In this document: piece by piece, positions 31,873 through 40,933 of the stretch
Numbering within the stretch: the stretch's first letter is position 1
Layout of the letters: every line of letters begins with the position of its first letter
Source: an uncultured Saprospiraceae bacterium
GTDB taxonomy: Bacteria; Bacteroidota; Bacteroidia; Chitinophagales; Saprospiraceae
Assembly: GCA_937980645.1 (NCBI GenBank)
Contig: CALJPQ010000009.1
Span: 54,018-118,017, forward strand
Length of the DNA: 64,000 nucleotides
Direction: 5' to 3'
The notes under the pieces: generated by a model
Database searches by the model: none
Seen by the model: only the letters and a program-made list of their open reading frames with translations
What the model was told of the DNA's origin: nothing
Made by a program: the position numbers and the translations under genes

Positions 31873-33402
31873 CTATCCTTCGGGGCGCATTTGCGGGAAG
31901 AAGAGCACCTCCTGGATGGTGGTTTGGCCGGTGAAGAGCATGGCTAATCGGTCAATGCCGAATCCGATGCCGGCGGTGGGTGGCATGCCGTACTCTAAGG
32001 CGCGGAGGAAGTCTTCGTCGGTAGCCATGGCTTCCTCGTCGCCGCGTTCGGCCCATCGGCGTTGTTCTTCGAAGCGCTTGCGTTGGTCTAAGGGGTCGTT
32101 GAGCTCAGAATAGGCGTTGGCCACTTCCTTACCGTTGACGTAGAGTTCGAAGCGTTCGACTAAGCCGGGTTTGCTGCGGTGTTGTTTGGTCAGGGGCGAC
32201 ATTTCGATGGGATAGTCGAGGACGAAGGTGGGTTGGATGAGGTGTTTTTCCACCTTTTCGCTGAAGATTTCGTCCAAGAGTTGGGCGGTGCCCATGCTTG
32301 GGTCGATTTCGATGTTGTGCTGGTCGCAGTAGGCGCGCAGGTCGCGTTCGGTGGCGGTTTCGATGTCTAAGCCGGTGTATTGGCGGATGGCCTCGGCCAT
32401 CGTGAAGCGGGCGTATGGGCCAGCGAAGTTGAGCCGGTGCTCGCCGTAGGGGATGATGGCCGAGCCGTCGTCGCTCAGGGCGCGGGCGACACGCTCGAGC
32501 ATTTGCTCTGTGACGCCCATGAGCCAATGATAGTCTTTGTAGGCCACGTAGAACTCCATGAGCGTGAACTCGGGGTTGTGCGTGCGGTCAATGCCTTCGT
32601 TTCGGAACACTTTGGCAAACTCGTACACACCGTCGAAGCCGCCCACGATGAGGCGCTTGAGGTACAGCTCATTGGAGATGCGCAGATACAGCGGCATATC
32701 CAGCACATTGTGGTGCGTGATGAATGGCCGGGCCAGCGCGCCGCCATAGACGGGCTGCAGGATGGGCGTTTCCACTTCGAGCAAGCCGAGTTCATCCAGA
32801 TAGGCCCGCATGGTGCGGATCATTTTGCTGCGCTTGATGAAGATCTGGCGGTATTCGGGGTTGACCGTCAGGTCCACATAGCGCATGCGGTGGCGCAGTT
32901 CCGGGTCGGTGAAGGCGTCGTGGACGTTGCCTTCGGCGTCGCGCTTCACGATGGGCAGGGGTCGCAGGCTTTTGGCCAGCAGTTTCAGCGCCTGCACGTG
33001 TACGGTTACCTCGCCGGTGCGGGTTTTGAAGGCGAAGCCGCGCACCCCGATATAGTCGCCCAAGTCGAGCAGTTTTTTGATAACCACATCGAAGAAGGTG
33101 GCGTCGTCGCCCTGCAGGAATTCGTCGCGGCGCACGTATAGCTGGATGCGTCCGCTGCTGTCTTGCAGGTTCATGAACAGGGCCTTTCCGGCCTCGCGCA
33201 CAGCCATGATGCGCCCGGCCAGCGCGACGTCTTGATAGTTCAGGCGGTTTTTGGTGCCGTCCGCTAAGGTTTCTTCCTGATAGTTGGCCACGATGTCGGC
33301 AGCGAATGCCGTAACCTCGAAGGCTTCGGCCGGATAGGGGTCAATGCCTAATTCGCGCAGTTTGCGCAATGCTTCGCGTCGGATGAGTTCTTGATCGGTC
33401 AT
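31873..33402 (-). CDS. lysS: Lysine--tRNA ligase, class II
   Basis: 509 aa. OB-fold N-domain plus class II motifs (...FRNEGIDRTHNPEFTLMEFY..., ...GMPPTAGIGFGIDRLAMLF...). Confidence 0.95.
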   Translation of the reverse strand: MTDQELIRREALRKLRELGIDPYPAEAFEVTAFAADIVANYQEETLADGTKNRLNYQDVALAGRIMAVREAGKALFMNLQDSSGRIQLYVRRDEFLQGDDATFFDVVIKKLLDLGDYIGVRGFAFKTRTGEVTVHVQALKLLAKSLRPLPIVKRDAEGNVHDAFTDPELRHRMRYVDLTVNPEYRQIFIKRSKMIRTMRAYLDELGLLEVETPILQPVYGGALARPFITHHNVLDMPLYLRISNELYLKRLIVGGFDGVYEFAKVFRNEGIDRTHNPEFTLMEFYVAYKDYHWLMGVTEQMLERVARALSDDGSAIIPYGEHRLNFAGPYARFTMAEAIRQYTGLDIETATERDLRAYCDQHNIEIDPSMGTAQLLDEIFSEKVEKHLIQPTFVLDYPIEMSPLTKQHRSKPGLVERFELYVNGKEVANAYSELNDPLDQRKRFEEQRRWAERGDEEAMATDEDFLRALEYGMPPTAGIGFGIDRLAMLFTGQTTIQEVLFFPQMRPEG

Positions 33403-33428
33403 GTTGTGAGCGATGTCTCAGCAGTTTG

Positions 33429-34097
33429 TTATTCAGGCAAATAAGCAATGATGTCTCGATTGCCGCGCACGGTTTGATCCATGCGGACGTTCAGGGTAGC
33501 GTTGAGGGGCAGGACCAAGTCCACGCGCGAGCCGAATTTGATGAAGCCCATATCGTCGCCCTGCCGCACCATCTGGCCTTCGGATACGTACCAGCAGATG
33601 CGTCGGGCCAGGGCGCCGGCAATCTGGCGCATGAGGACCTGATGCTCACCGGTGTCGTAAACGACGGTTGTGTGCTCGTTTTCTGTGCTGCTCTTGGGAT
33701 GCCAGGCCACCAGGTATTTACCTGGGTGGTAGCGAAAGTAGCGCACCACGCCGCCCACCGGGTTGCGATTGACGTGCACGTTGAGCGGTGACATGAAGAT
33801 GGAGACCTGCAGGCGCCTTTCGCCAAAGTACTCCGTCTCGATGACCTCCTCGATGGCGCAAATGCGCCCATCGGCGGGTGCATACACGATGCGGTTGTCG
33901 GCTTTTTCGATGGTGCGCACAGGGTTACGAAAAAACTGCACAAAAAGGCCGTAAACCACCAACGACAGCACAAGTATCGGCCAGAAATAAACCGACCCGG
34001 CAGCGCGCAAGGCAATGTTGATGACCAAAAGGAAAAGGCCGACTACGGTCAGGATAGCGAAGCCCTCGCGGTGGAGGCGTATAAACATGTCCATCAT
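33429..34097 (-). CDS. psd: Phosphatidylserine decarboxylase family protein
   Basis: 222 aa. N-terminal TM segments, ...FMSPLNVHVNRNPVGG... and a C-terminal FGSRVD self-cleavage-type motif. Confidence 0.85.
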   Translation of the reverse strand: MMDMFIRLHREGFAILTVVGLFLLVINIALRAAGSVYFWPILVLSLVVYGLFVQFFRNPVRTIEKADNRIVYAPADGRICAIEEVIETEYFGERRLQVSIFMSPLNVHVNRNPVGGVVRYFRYHPGKYLVAWHPKSSTENEHTTVVYDTGEHQVLMRQIAGALARRICWYVSEGQMVRQGDDMGFIKFGSRVDLVLPLNATLNVRMDQTVRGNRDIIAYLPE

Positions 34098-34192
34098 TTT
34101 CGGGGGGCGAAGGTCGGCAATTCAGGATACTTGCGGCGGCAGAAGCAGACTTTTTGCTCATACCTTTGCGGCCTGTTTTTAAGGTATTCTGG

Positions 34193-35209
34193 ATGAAAGT
34201 AGCCGTTGTAGGCGCCACCGGCCTGGTTGGCTCTAAAATGTTGCAGGTGCTCGAAGAGCGCCGTTTTCCGGTAACTCAGCTAATCCCCGTCGCCTCTGAG
34301 CGTTCGGTGGGCAAGTTTGTCCGTTTTGGCGGCAAGCGCCATCGCGTCATTGGAATGCAAGAAGCCATCGCGTTGCGACCCGATTTGGCCCTGTTTAGCG
34401 CAGGCGGCAGCACTTCCAAAACTTGGGCACCGGCCTTTGCCGAGGTGGGCACCATCGTAGTGGACAACTCCAGCGCCTGGCGCATGGAGCCCGACAAAAA
34501 ACTCGTCGTACCCGAAGTAAACGCCCACGTCCTGACGGAGCACGACCGCATCATCGCCAACCCTAACTGCTCCACTATCCAGATGGTGGTGGCCCTCAAG
34601 CCTCTGCACGACCGCTACCGCATCCGTCGCATTGTCGTTAGCACCTACCAGGCCGTTACCGGCACCGGCGTAAAGGCCGTGCAGCAGCTTATGGGCGAGC
34701 GCCGCGGCAAAAACGTCGAGCAGCCGGCCTACCCGCACCCCATTGACCTCAACGTATTGCCGCACATTGACATTTTCTTGGACAACGGCTACACCAAAGA
34801 GGAAATGAAAATGGTGCTGGAAACCAAAAAGATCATGGGCGACGATAGCATCCGCGTAACCGCCACCACCGTGCGCGTGCCCGTGCTGGGCGGCCACTCC
34901 GAAGCCGTCAACGTCGAATTTGAACGCAACTTCGACTTGGACGAAGTGCGCCAACTGCTGCGCCAGGCCCCAGGCGTCGTGCTGATAGACGACCCCGCCC
35001 ACAATCAATATCCCATGCCCCTGTACGCCCAGGATAAAGACGAGGTGTTCGTGGGTCGCCTGCGCCGCGACGAAAGCCAACCCAATACCCTCAACCTCTG
35101 GGTAGTGGCCGACAACCTGCGCAAAGGCGCCGCCACCAACGCCATACAAATCGCCGAATACCTCACCCAACGCGGAATTTTAAAGCCAAACGCTGCCAAA
35201 CCGAATTGA
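34193..35209 (+). CDS. asd: Aspartate-semialdehyde dehydrogenase
   Basis: MKVAVVGATGLVGSKM (Rossmann fold) and IIANPNCSTIQMV (active-site Cys). Start placed at the ATG at 34193. Confidence 0.95.
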   Translation: MKVAVVGATGLVGSKMLQVLEERRFPVTQLIPVASERSVGKFVRFGGKRHRVIGMQEAIALRPDLALFSAGGSTSKTWAPAFAEVGTIVVDNSSAWRMEPDKKLVVPEVNAHVLTEHDRIIANPNCSTIQMVVALKPLHDRYRIRRIVVSTYQAVTGTGVKAVQQLMGERRGKNVEQPAYPHPIDLNVLPHIDIFLDNGYTKEEMKMVLETKKIMGDDSIRVTATTVRVPVLGGHSEAVNVEFERNFDLDEVRQLLRQAPGVVLIDDPAHNQYPMPLYAQDKDEVFVGRLRRDESQPNTLNLWVVADNLRKGAATNAIQIAEYLTQRGILKPNAAKPN

Positions 35210-35306
35210 CCTGCTAAATTTGCCCGCTCAAAAAATACGTTTCACGTCATCCATCAGAGACATTCCATCCGACCCTGGCCTAACGCCACTAACCGCCCGC
35301 ACAGCA

Positions 35307-37007
35307 ATGAAGAACAAGATCGTAGTTTGGGGAACTAACGCCGCCGAAGAAAAAGTCCTGATAGCCTTAGAGCTCAAGGCCGAAGACAACAAAGTGCTGC
35401 TCTACACCTTCCCGGAGACCGTCGTAACCGACGCCTTCTACAACGAGATGATGAACGACTGGAAAAACGACAAGCCCGTCGAGTTTCCGGAGCACACCGT
35501 CATCGAGCGCCCCTTGGCCATCACCGACAGCCTGCTGCCCGACGACCTCAAAAGCGACGACCGCAGCGGCGTCCTGCAACGCGCTCAGACCGAGTGGCAC
35601 TTCGTCGTGCTCTCCACCAAACTCCACCAAGCATACCAGCAGGAACTGGCTGAATTTAAGGAAAAAATAGCCGCCCTGCAAAACTTCGACGAAGGTCTAT
35701 GGGAAGACCTGCGAACCTTCTGGGACAAAGTCCAGGAACAAACCCGCGAGCGCAACCTCTTCCGCAGCCATGCCGACAGCCTGCGCGATAACATCAACGA
35801 ACTCTTTGAGAAGCTCCGATCGCTGCGCAACCAGATGCAGCAAGAGGCCAAAAGCGCCTCGCAAATGGTCTATGATGCCTTCATCGCTCGTCTGGAAGAA
35901 ATCGAGCAGCGCATCGCTGCCGGTAGCGCTAAAATCAGCACGGTATTCGAAGACCTCAAGATCATCCAGCGCGACTACCGCGACGCCAAAATGACCAACG
36001 AACACCGCAACCGCCTGTGGGACCGCATTGATAAAGCCTTCAAGGCCGCCAAAGAGCGCCGCTTCGGCCCCGGTGTCAACGAAGGGTCCATTGCCGACCG
36101 CCTGGAACGCCGCATCGCCGGCCTCAAAGAAGCCGCCCAACGCATCCAGGACAGCATCCGCCGCGATGAAGAGGACTTAGAATTCCAAAATCGCAAAATC
36201 GCCACCACCGAAGGCCAGCTCGAGGCCCAAATCCGCGTGGCCAAAATCAAAATGATTGAGGAGCGCCTCAACGTCAAGCGCGAAAAACTTAAAGAAGTAC
36301 TCGGTACGCTGAGTGGCTTAGAGCGCCAGCTGGCTAAAACCAAAGAAAAGGAAGCCGCCCGCGCTGCCAAAGAAGCCGAGCGCAAACGCTTCGAGGCCGC
36401 CAAAGCAGCAGCACAGGCGGAAATCGCCCAGCAGGTGGCCGCTGCCAAGGAGACCGAACAGGCACACCCTGAGCCAACAACTACCGACACGCCCCCTACA
36501 TCCTCCGAAGAGGCACCCGGAGACAATGCGCTCGAAGTGGCCACCCGTATCGCTGGTGAAAGCCTTCAGGACGCCGTAGACACCGTCCGTGCTATCGGAC
36601 AAGTACTGGGCAAAAAAGCCGAACAGGTCACCGATAAGGCCGAAGATTGGGTAGAAGACGCGTTGGATAAAGCAGAGGACGTCGCCGAAGAAATGGCCGA
36701 CAAAGTGGAAGATATTGCTAAGGAAATGGCCGAAAAGGCGCAGGACTTCTTAGGCAACATCTTTGATAAAGTTACGGAAGCAGTCCGAGAGGTGGCGGAC
36801 GATTTGAGTCGAGAGAAAGAACAGGTCGCTGATAAGGCCGAAGAAACATCGGCCCTGCCATCGGGTGAAGAAACTGCTGAGGTGCTTATCGAGTCCGTAG
36901 ATGAAGCCGTTGAAGCCAGCGCATCTCCAAAGCGCACGCCTAAAAAGAAAGCGCCCACCGACGAGACTTCCAATACGCCGCCTACTGATGATGGAGGCGA
37001 AGCCTGA
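35307..37007 (+). CDS. Hypothetical coiled-coil protein with highly acidic repetitive C-terminus
   Basis: Long intact ORF with charged helical repeats. The C-terminal DKAEDWVEDALDKAEDVAEEMADKVEDIAKEMAEKAQD is a repeat-like acidic stretch. Start placed at the ATG at 35307; the track uses a TTG at 35220. Confidence 0.6.
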   Translation: MKNKIVVWGTNAAEEKVLIALELKAEDNKVLLYTFPETVVTDAFYNEMMNDWKNDKPVEFPEHTVIERPLAITDSLLPDDLKSDDRSGVLQRAQTEWHFVVLSTKLHQAYQQELAEFKEKIAALQNFDEGLWEDLRTFWDKVQEQTRERNLFRSHADSLRDNINELFEKLRSLRNQMQQEAKSASQMVYDAFIARLEEIEQRIAAGSAKISTVFEDLKIIQRDYRDAKMTNEHRNRLWDRIDKAFKAAKERRFGPGVNEGSIADRLERRIAGLKEAAQRIQDSIRRDEEDLEFQNRKIATTEGQLEAQIRVAKIKMIEERLNVKREKLKEVLGTLSGLERQLAKTKEKEAARAAKEAERKRFEAAKAAAQAEIAQQVAAAKETEQAHPEPTTTDTPPTSSEEAPGDNALEVATRIAGESLQDAVDTVRAIGQVLGKKAEQVTDKAEDWVEDALDKAEDVAEEMADKVEDIAKEMAEKAQDFLGNIFDKVTEAVREVADDLSREKEQVADKAEETSALPSGEETAEVLIESVDEAVEASASPKRTPKKKAPTDETSNTPPTDDGGEA

Positions 37008-37060
37008 GCGGCAACTCCTCTATAACGGCCAAGCTTATTTGACCTTTAGGGGAAAAGCCG

Positions 37061-37093
37061 ACCCTGGACATGCTCCAGCGGGGCATCTTTTTT
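37061..37093. terminator. Candidate bidirectional terminator hairpin between convergent genes
   Basis: Stem ccctgga / tccag(c)gg with 5-nt loop catgc, followed by a T6 run on the plus strand and cttttcc on the minus strand. Confidence 0.35.
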
Positions 37094-37634
37094 AGGTATC
37101 CTCCGGTAAGATGCCTTTCAAGGCTGTCTGTGCAGCAGCGTATAATTTCGCCCCAAAAACATCTTCTTTCCCCTCCGAAAAAAAATTTACTGTAACGTCT
37201 GCCTGCTCGTAACACGTCCGGCGCTCTTGCCACAGCTGGCGAACAGCCTCAAGTGTTGTTTGTGCTAACAAAGGGCGTTTGTACTGCTCAGTCCCTTGAA
37301 GCCTTGCCCACAGCACCTCGAAAGGCACATCTATCCAGAGCACAACGCCGTGCGCGCGCATCCAGAGCATGTTGTCGAAAAAGCAAGGCGTGCCACCACC
37401 TGTGGCGACGATGCTGGATGGGCTTTCGGCTAACGAATACAGATAGTGCCGTTCCAGTATCCGAAAGGCTTTCTCGCCCTCGCGGGCGAAAAGATTGGCA
37501 ATGGGTTGGCCTTCTTTGGTCTCTATAAGATGATCCAGGTCTAAGAACGGCAGCGAGAAAGTCTCCGCCAGGCGCTTGCCCCAGTAGGTTTTACCGCTGC
37601 CCATAAAACCAATGAGAAAGAGGTGTTTTTTCAT
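37092..37634 (-). CDS. aroK: Shikimate kinase
   Basis: 180 aa with Walker A motif LIGFMGSGKTYWGKRLA and a shikimate-binding region. The ATG overlaps the stop of the upstream kinase gene (37631-37634). Confidence 0.9.
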   Translation of the reverse strand: MKKHLFLIGFMGSGKTYWGKRLAETFSLPFLDLDHLIETKEGQPIANLFAREGEKAFRILERHYLYSLAESPSSIVATGGGTPCFFDNMLWMRAHGVVLWIDVPFEVLWARLQGTEQYKRPLLAQTTLEAVRQLWQERRTCYEQADVTVNFFSEGKEDVFGAKLYAAAQTALKGILPEDT

Positions 37635-39241
37635 GCTGGTTCAGAGCTTCCAGCAACCGGAAGGGCCTTTGGAAAGCGTACCCAGAACTCAGAACCTTTG
37701 CCCTCCTCACTGTGAAACCCAATTTCCCCTCCCATCAGCTCCACATACCGCTTCACGATGTACAGCCCTAACCCTGTACCCTGCACGTTGGTGACGTTGG
37801 TGGCTCGGAAGAAGCGTGAGAAGAGATGTTTCTGGTCAGCCGCCGGGATGCCCACACCTTCGTCGAGCACGCGCACACGGGTTTCGTGGGCATCAATACT
37901 CGAGTACACGCGGATGCTGGCTCCATCAGGCGAATACTTGCTGGCATTTGACAACAGATTGGTGAGAACATGCTTGAATAGCCCCGCATCCAGCTGGGTG
38001 AGTTGCTGCCCTTCGTGATGATGTTGAATGGTTTGACCCGGACGCAGCACCAAGGACATCTCACCGATAGACTCTTCTATCAAACCAGGCAAATGGACTT
38101 CCGCTAGTTGTGGCTCCGTCTTGCCCTCTTCCAGTCGCCCTAGCGAGAGGAATTCGGTCAATATCGTATTCAAATTATTGACTGCCGTCTGAATGCGAAG
38201 AGCGTGCTTTTTGACATTTTCCATCTCTCCGCGCTCAGCATAAGATTTTATAAGCGCTGCCGAAGAAAGCACGGTGCTCAAAGGGGTGCGGAATTCGTGC
38301 GAAGCCATCGAAACAAAGCGGCTCTTCAGATCACTGATTTCGCGCTCAGCGGCCAGAGCCGTGGCCAGTTCATTCTTGGCCTGCTCGAGTTCCTGGGTGC
38401 GCTGGCGAATCTTTTCCTCCAGACTTTCGTTGAGGTTTTGTAATTCAATAGCCAGCTGCTCCAGCTGTTGGTTTTGACGCATGATGCGCTGCTCATTCTC
38501 TTTGCGCGTAGTGTTGTCGATCACGAAAGCCACGACAAACCAGCCTTTCTTTGTGCGGAATGGGCTAAGGCTAACCTCAACCGGAAACTCGACGCCATTT
38601 TTGCGCAGGGCGTAAAGGTCTATGCCTGTACCCATAGGACGGGCGCGCGGATTGGCCCGATAATCCTCGCGATGTCGCTCATGAACGCGGGCAAAGCGCC
38701 GAGGAATCAGGGCCTCGATGGAGCGACCTATTAATTCCTCTGGAGGGTATCCGAAAAGTTTCTCTGCTGCTGGATTAATCCGAATAATTTGCCCTTGATG
38801 GTTAACAATGAGGATGGCGCTGGTAGCAAACTGGAAGAGCGCCTGCAGCTCTTCGCGCTGTTCTCCTTCCTCCTGCCGCATGTTCTGGATGAGCAGTACC
38901 AGGTAAGCGCTTGCCCAGATGCTGATGACCGTAAAGGTGCGCCCGAACAGCAACGACTGAAGCGGTAATGGGGTGCCTTCGTATTGGCGTATTGCAGCAG
39001 CACCCAGTGCGAGGGCGGTAGCAGTTACTGCCGCCAGTACTACGTCGTTGCGCTCCCGAAAAAAAATGCCCAACAGGACAGCAAACACATGCAGGAAAGG
39101 GATGCTATCACCCTCTACAAACCAGACGTCTAAAGCAAAAACGCCCAACATGAGCGCACCGGCAATTACGCCTGCGGGAAAGTGTAAATGAGCCTTGAAA
39201 GCGTGCAAACGAGCGCCTTGTTGCATACAGCAAAGGTGCAA
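37631..39241 (-). CDS. PAS-domain sensor histidine kinase
   Basis: N-terminal TM segments, a PAS domain (ILIVNHQGQIIRINPAAEKLFGY), H-box SHEFRTPLSTV and HATPase N/G boxes (LLSNASKY, GTGLGLYIVK). Confidence 0.85.
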   Translation of the reverse strand: MHLCCMQQGARLHAFKAHLHFPAGVIAGALMLGVFALDVWFVEGDSIPFLHVFAVLLGIFFRERNDVVLAAVTATALALGAAAIRQYEGTPLPLQSLLFGRTFTVISIWASAYLVLLIQNMRQEEGEQREELQALFQFATSAILIVNHQGQIIRINPAAEKLFGYPPEELIGRSIEALIPRRFARVHERHREDYRANPRARPMGTGIDLYALRKNGVEFPVEVSLSPFRTKKGWFVVAFVIDNTTRKENEQRIMRQNQQLEQLAIELQNLNESLEEKIRQRTQELEQAKNELATALAAEREISDLKSRFVSMASHEFRTPLSTVLSSAALIKSYAERGEMENVKKHALRIQTAVNNLNTILTEFLSLGRLEEGKTEPQLAEVHLPGLIEESIGEMSLVLRPGQTIQHHHEGQQLTQLDAGLFKHVLTNLLSNASKYSPDGASIRVYSSIDAHETRVRVLDEGVGIPAADQKHLFSRFFRATNVTNVQGTGLGLYIVKRYVELMGGEIGFHSEEGKGSEFWVRFPKALPVAGSSEPA

Positions 39242-39282
39242 AAACGTCCGGATTTGGCCTGGAGCAATCCTGTGAGAGGTCG

Positions 39283-40107
39283 CTATTTAAGTCCCAGAAT
39301 AGCACGCGCGTTCTCCCGGTAAAGGTGTCGCGGCTGCTGAGCAATGCGCTGCAGCTGCTCTATGGCTTCAGTGTGTTGCCCGGCTTTCAGGTAGGCCAGC
39401 GCGAGGTACCACTCGGCGTGCTGGTAGGGTATTTTGGCCGTAGGCGGCACCTGTTGTAAATAGGCGAATGCCTCTTCAGTACGGCCAGACTTCAGCAGAC
39501 AGGTGCTTTTGAGCACTAAGGCCATTGGACGCGCCTCAAAATCGGGCGTCTCGAGGGCTTTTTCCAACAGAGGCAAGGCCTCGGCACACTTTCTCTGGGC
39601 ATACCACTGCCGGGCGCGTGTATAGTCATCTTCGGCCTCTGCGCCTAAGGTGGCGCTGATTTCCACGGGGCTGAAGTACTCCTGGAAGAGCGTCTGCGCG
39701 TCTTTTGCCGCAATGGGTGCTTCCATCGCTACGGGTGTGGTTTGCATCAGCCACCAGACGCCAGCGACGAGTAAGAGCACCGACAATCCGGCTAAGGCTA
39801 AGCGGCCCCAACGCGGCTGCAGCACACCTTCAGGGCTGTGATTGGCGAAGGTATCTTCAATAAGGTCCTGAATTTTCCACCACCATAGGCGGGTGCGCAG
39901 CAGGCGGCGGCTGCGCTGTTGGAGGCGTTCGCGGCGGTCGAGAGCACCCTGAGCCCGCACGGCAAAGCGAGCAGCCCGGTGCAGGCGAACCTCAAGGGCC
40001 AGCACTTCATCTTTTTCCAGCTCCGTTTCAAGAGCGGCGCGCTCTTCCGCCGACAAGAGGCCGTCTAAGTAGCGTTCAATGCGGGTGGTGAGGGTGTCGT
40101 CGTTCAT
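39283..40107 (-). CDS. Anti-sigma-like membrane protein with C-terminal TPR repeats
   Basis: N-terminus MNDDTLTTRIERYLDGLLSAEERAALE (zf-HC2-less anti-sigma style), one TM segment (LALAGLSVLLLVAGVWWL) and TPR-like helices. Lies directly downstream of the sigma factor gene. Confidence 0.55.
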   Translation of the reverse strand: MNDDTLTTRIERYLDGLLSAEERAALETELEKDEVLALEVRLHRAARFAVRAQGALDRRERLQQRSRRLLRTRLWWWKIQDLIEDTFANHSPEGVLQPRWGRLALAGLSVLLLVAGVWWLMQTTPVAMEAPIAAKDAQTLFQEYFSPVEISATLGAEAEDDYTRARQWYAQRKCAEALPLLEKALETPDFEARPMALVLKSTCLLKSGRTEEAFAYLQQVPPTAKIPYQHAEWYLALAYLKAGQHTEAIEQLQRIAQQPRHLYRENARAILGLK

Positions 40108-40135
40108 GGTGCATTTGTTTTTGAATGCTGAGCGA

Positions 40136-40807
40136 TTAAAAGCGTTTTTTCCGAAGCCAGGCGCACAGGTCGCGGCAAACGGCCTGCTGTTGCTGGCAGG
40201 CCTCCTTCAACGCATGCCGCAAACTCTCCATGCCCCGGGAGACCATCTCGTGGGCCACGCGCTCGGTCTTGAAACCGTGCAGTTGTGTCAGGTCCTCGTA
40301 GTCGTAGCCGTCCAGCTTATCCACCAACAGGGCGCGGCGCTTGGGCGGCATACTGTCTAAGGCCATCTGCAGGCAAGCCAGAATGCGCTGCTGGCGTCCT
40401 TGCCCTTCGGCTTCCTCTTCGTGTCGGAACAACTCTTGCACGTTTTCTTCTGAGTGTTGCAATACGTCGAAGAGCCACTGCGGCAAATCCAACACCCTGT
40501 TGGACTGGCTCAACGGCTCTATTTTTACCTTTGTCGTACGCCGGCGCACAGCGTCAACTCCGCGCCTGCGCGTCAGGGTGTACAGCATCTTGCCCACATC
40601 CTCGATGGCCTCGCCGGCATATATCTTCTGGTCCAATTCGGCTACGGCATCGGTAAAGGCCATGGCTGCCTCTTCGTAGGGCAAATGCAACTCGCGCACG
40701 CCCACCCAACGCACTAAGTAAAAAAAACGCTTTTGAATAAACCCATTGGCGCGCTCTCGAGCAGAGCCGCCTCGCCGGATCATCGCGCAAAGTTGGTCGC
40801 TGTTCAT
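40136..40807 (-). CDS. Sigma-70 family (ECF-like) RNA polymerase sigma factor
   Basis: Region 4-like block LDSMPPKRRALLVDKLDGYDYEDLTQLHGFKTERVAHEMVSRGMESLR. Start placed at the ATG at 40807. Confidence 0.6.
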   Translation of the reverse strand: MNSDQLCAMIRRGGSARERANGFIQKRFFYLVRWVGVRELHLPYEEAAMAFTDAVAELDQKIYAGEAIEDVGKMLYTLTRRRGVDAVRRRTTKVKIEPLSQSNRVLDLPQWLFDVLQHSEENVQELFRHEEEAEGQGRQQRILACLQMALDSMPPKRRALLVDKLDGYDYEDLTQLHGFKTERVAHEMVSRGMESLRHALKEACQQQQAVCRDLCAWLRKKRF

Positions 40808-40933
40808 ATTTTGCTGTCCTGACCGTAACGGCTCTGAGAGGTGTGGCAAAGATATTGGCCGCACCGATTTTAGAGGTACCCTTGCTTAAGCCTCCTTCGC
40901 TATCATTATTTTCGCCGGCAAAAATCCGTTCTT

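Noticed and set aside
31715-32113. Plus-strand 132-aa ORF starting in the AT-rich island.
   Set aside because: Most of it overlaps the 3-prime end of lysS in antisense, and its composition is implausible.
32380-33141. Long antisense ORFs opposite well-supported genes: 32380-33141 (+), 34280-35170 (-), 53464-54369 (+), 60573-61262 (+), 62236-63150 (+), 10572-11174 (+), 24592-25233 (+).
   Set aside because: They show low-complexity Ala/Gly/Val/His/Arg composition and no motifs. Each lies fully inside a gene with strong family signatures on the other strand.
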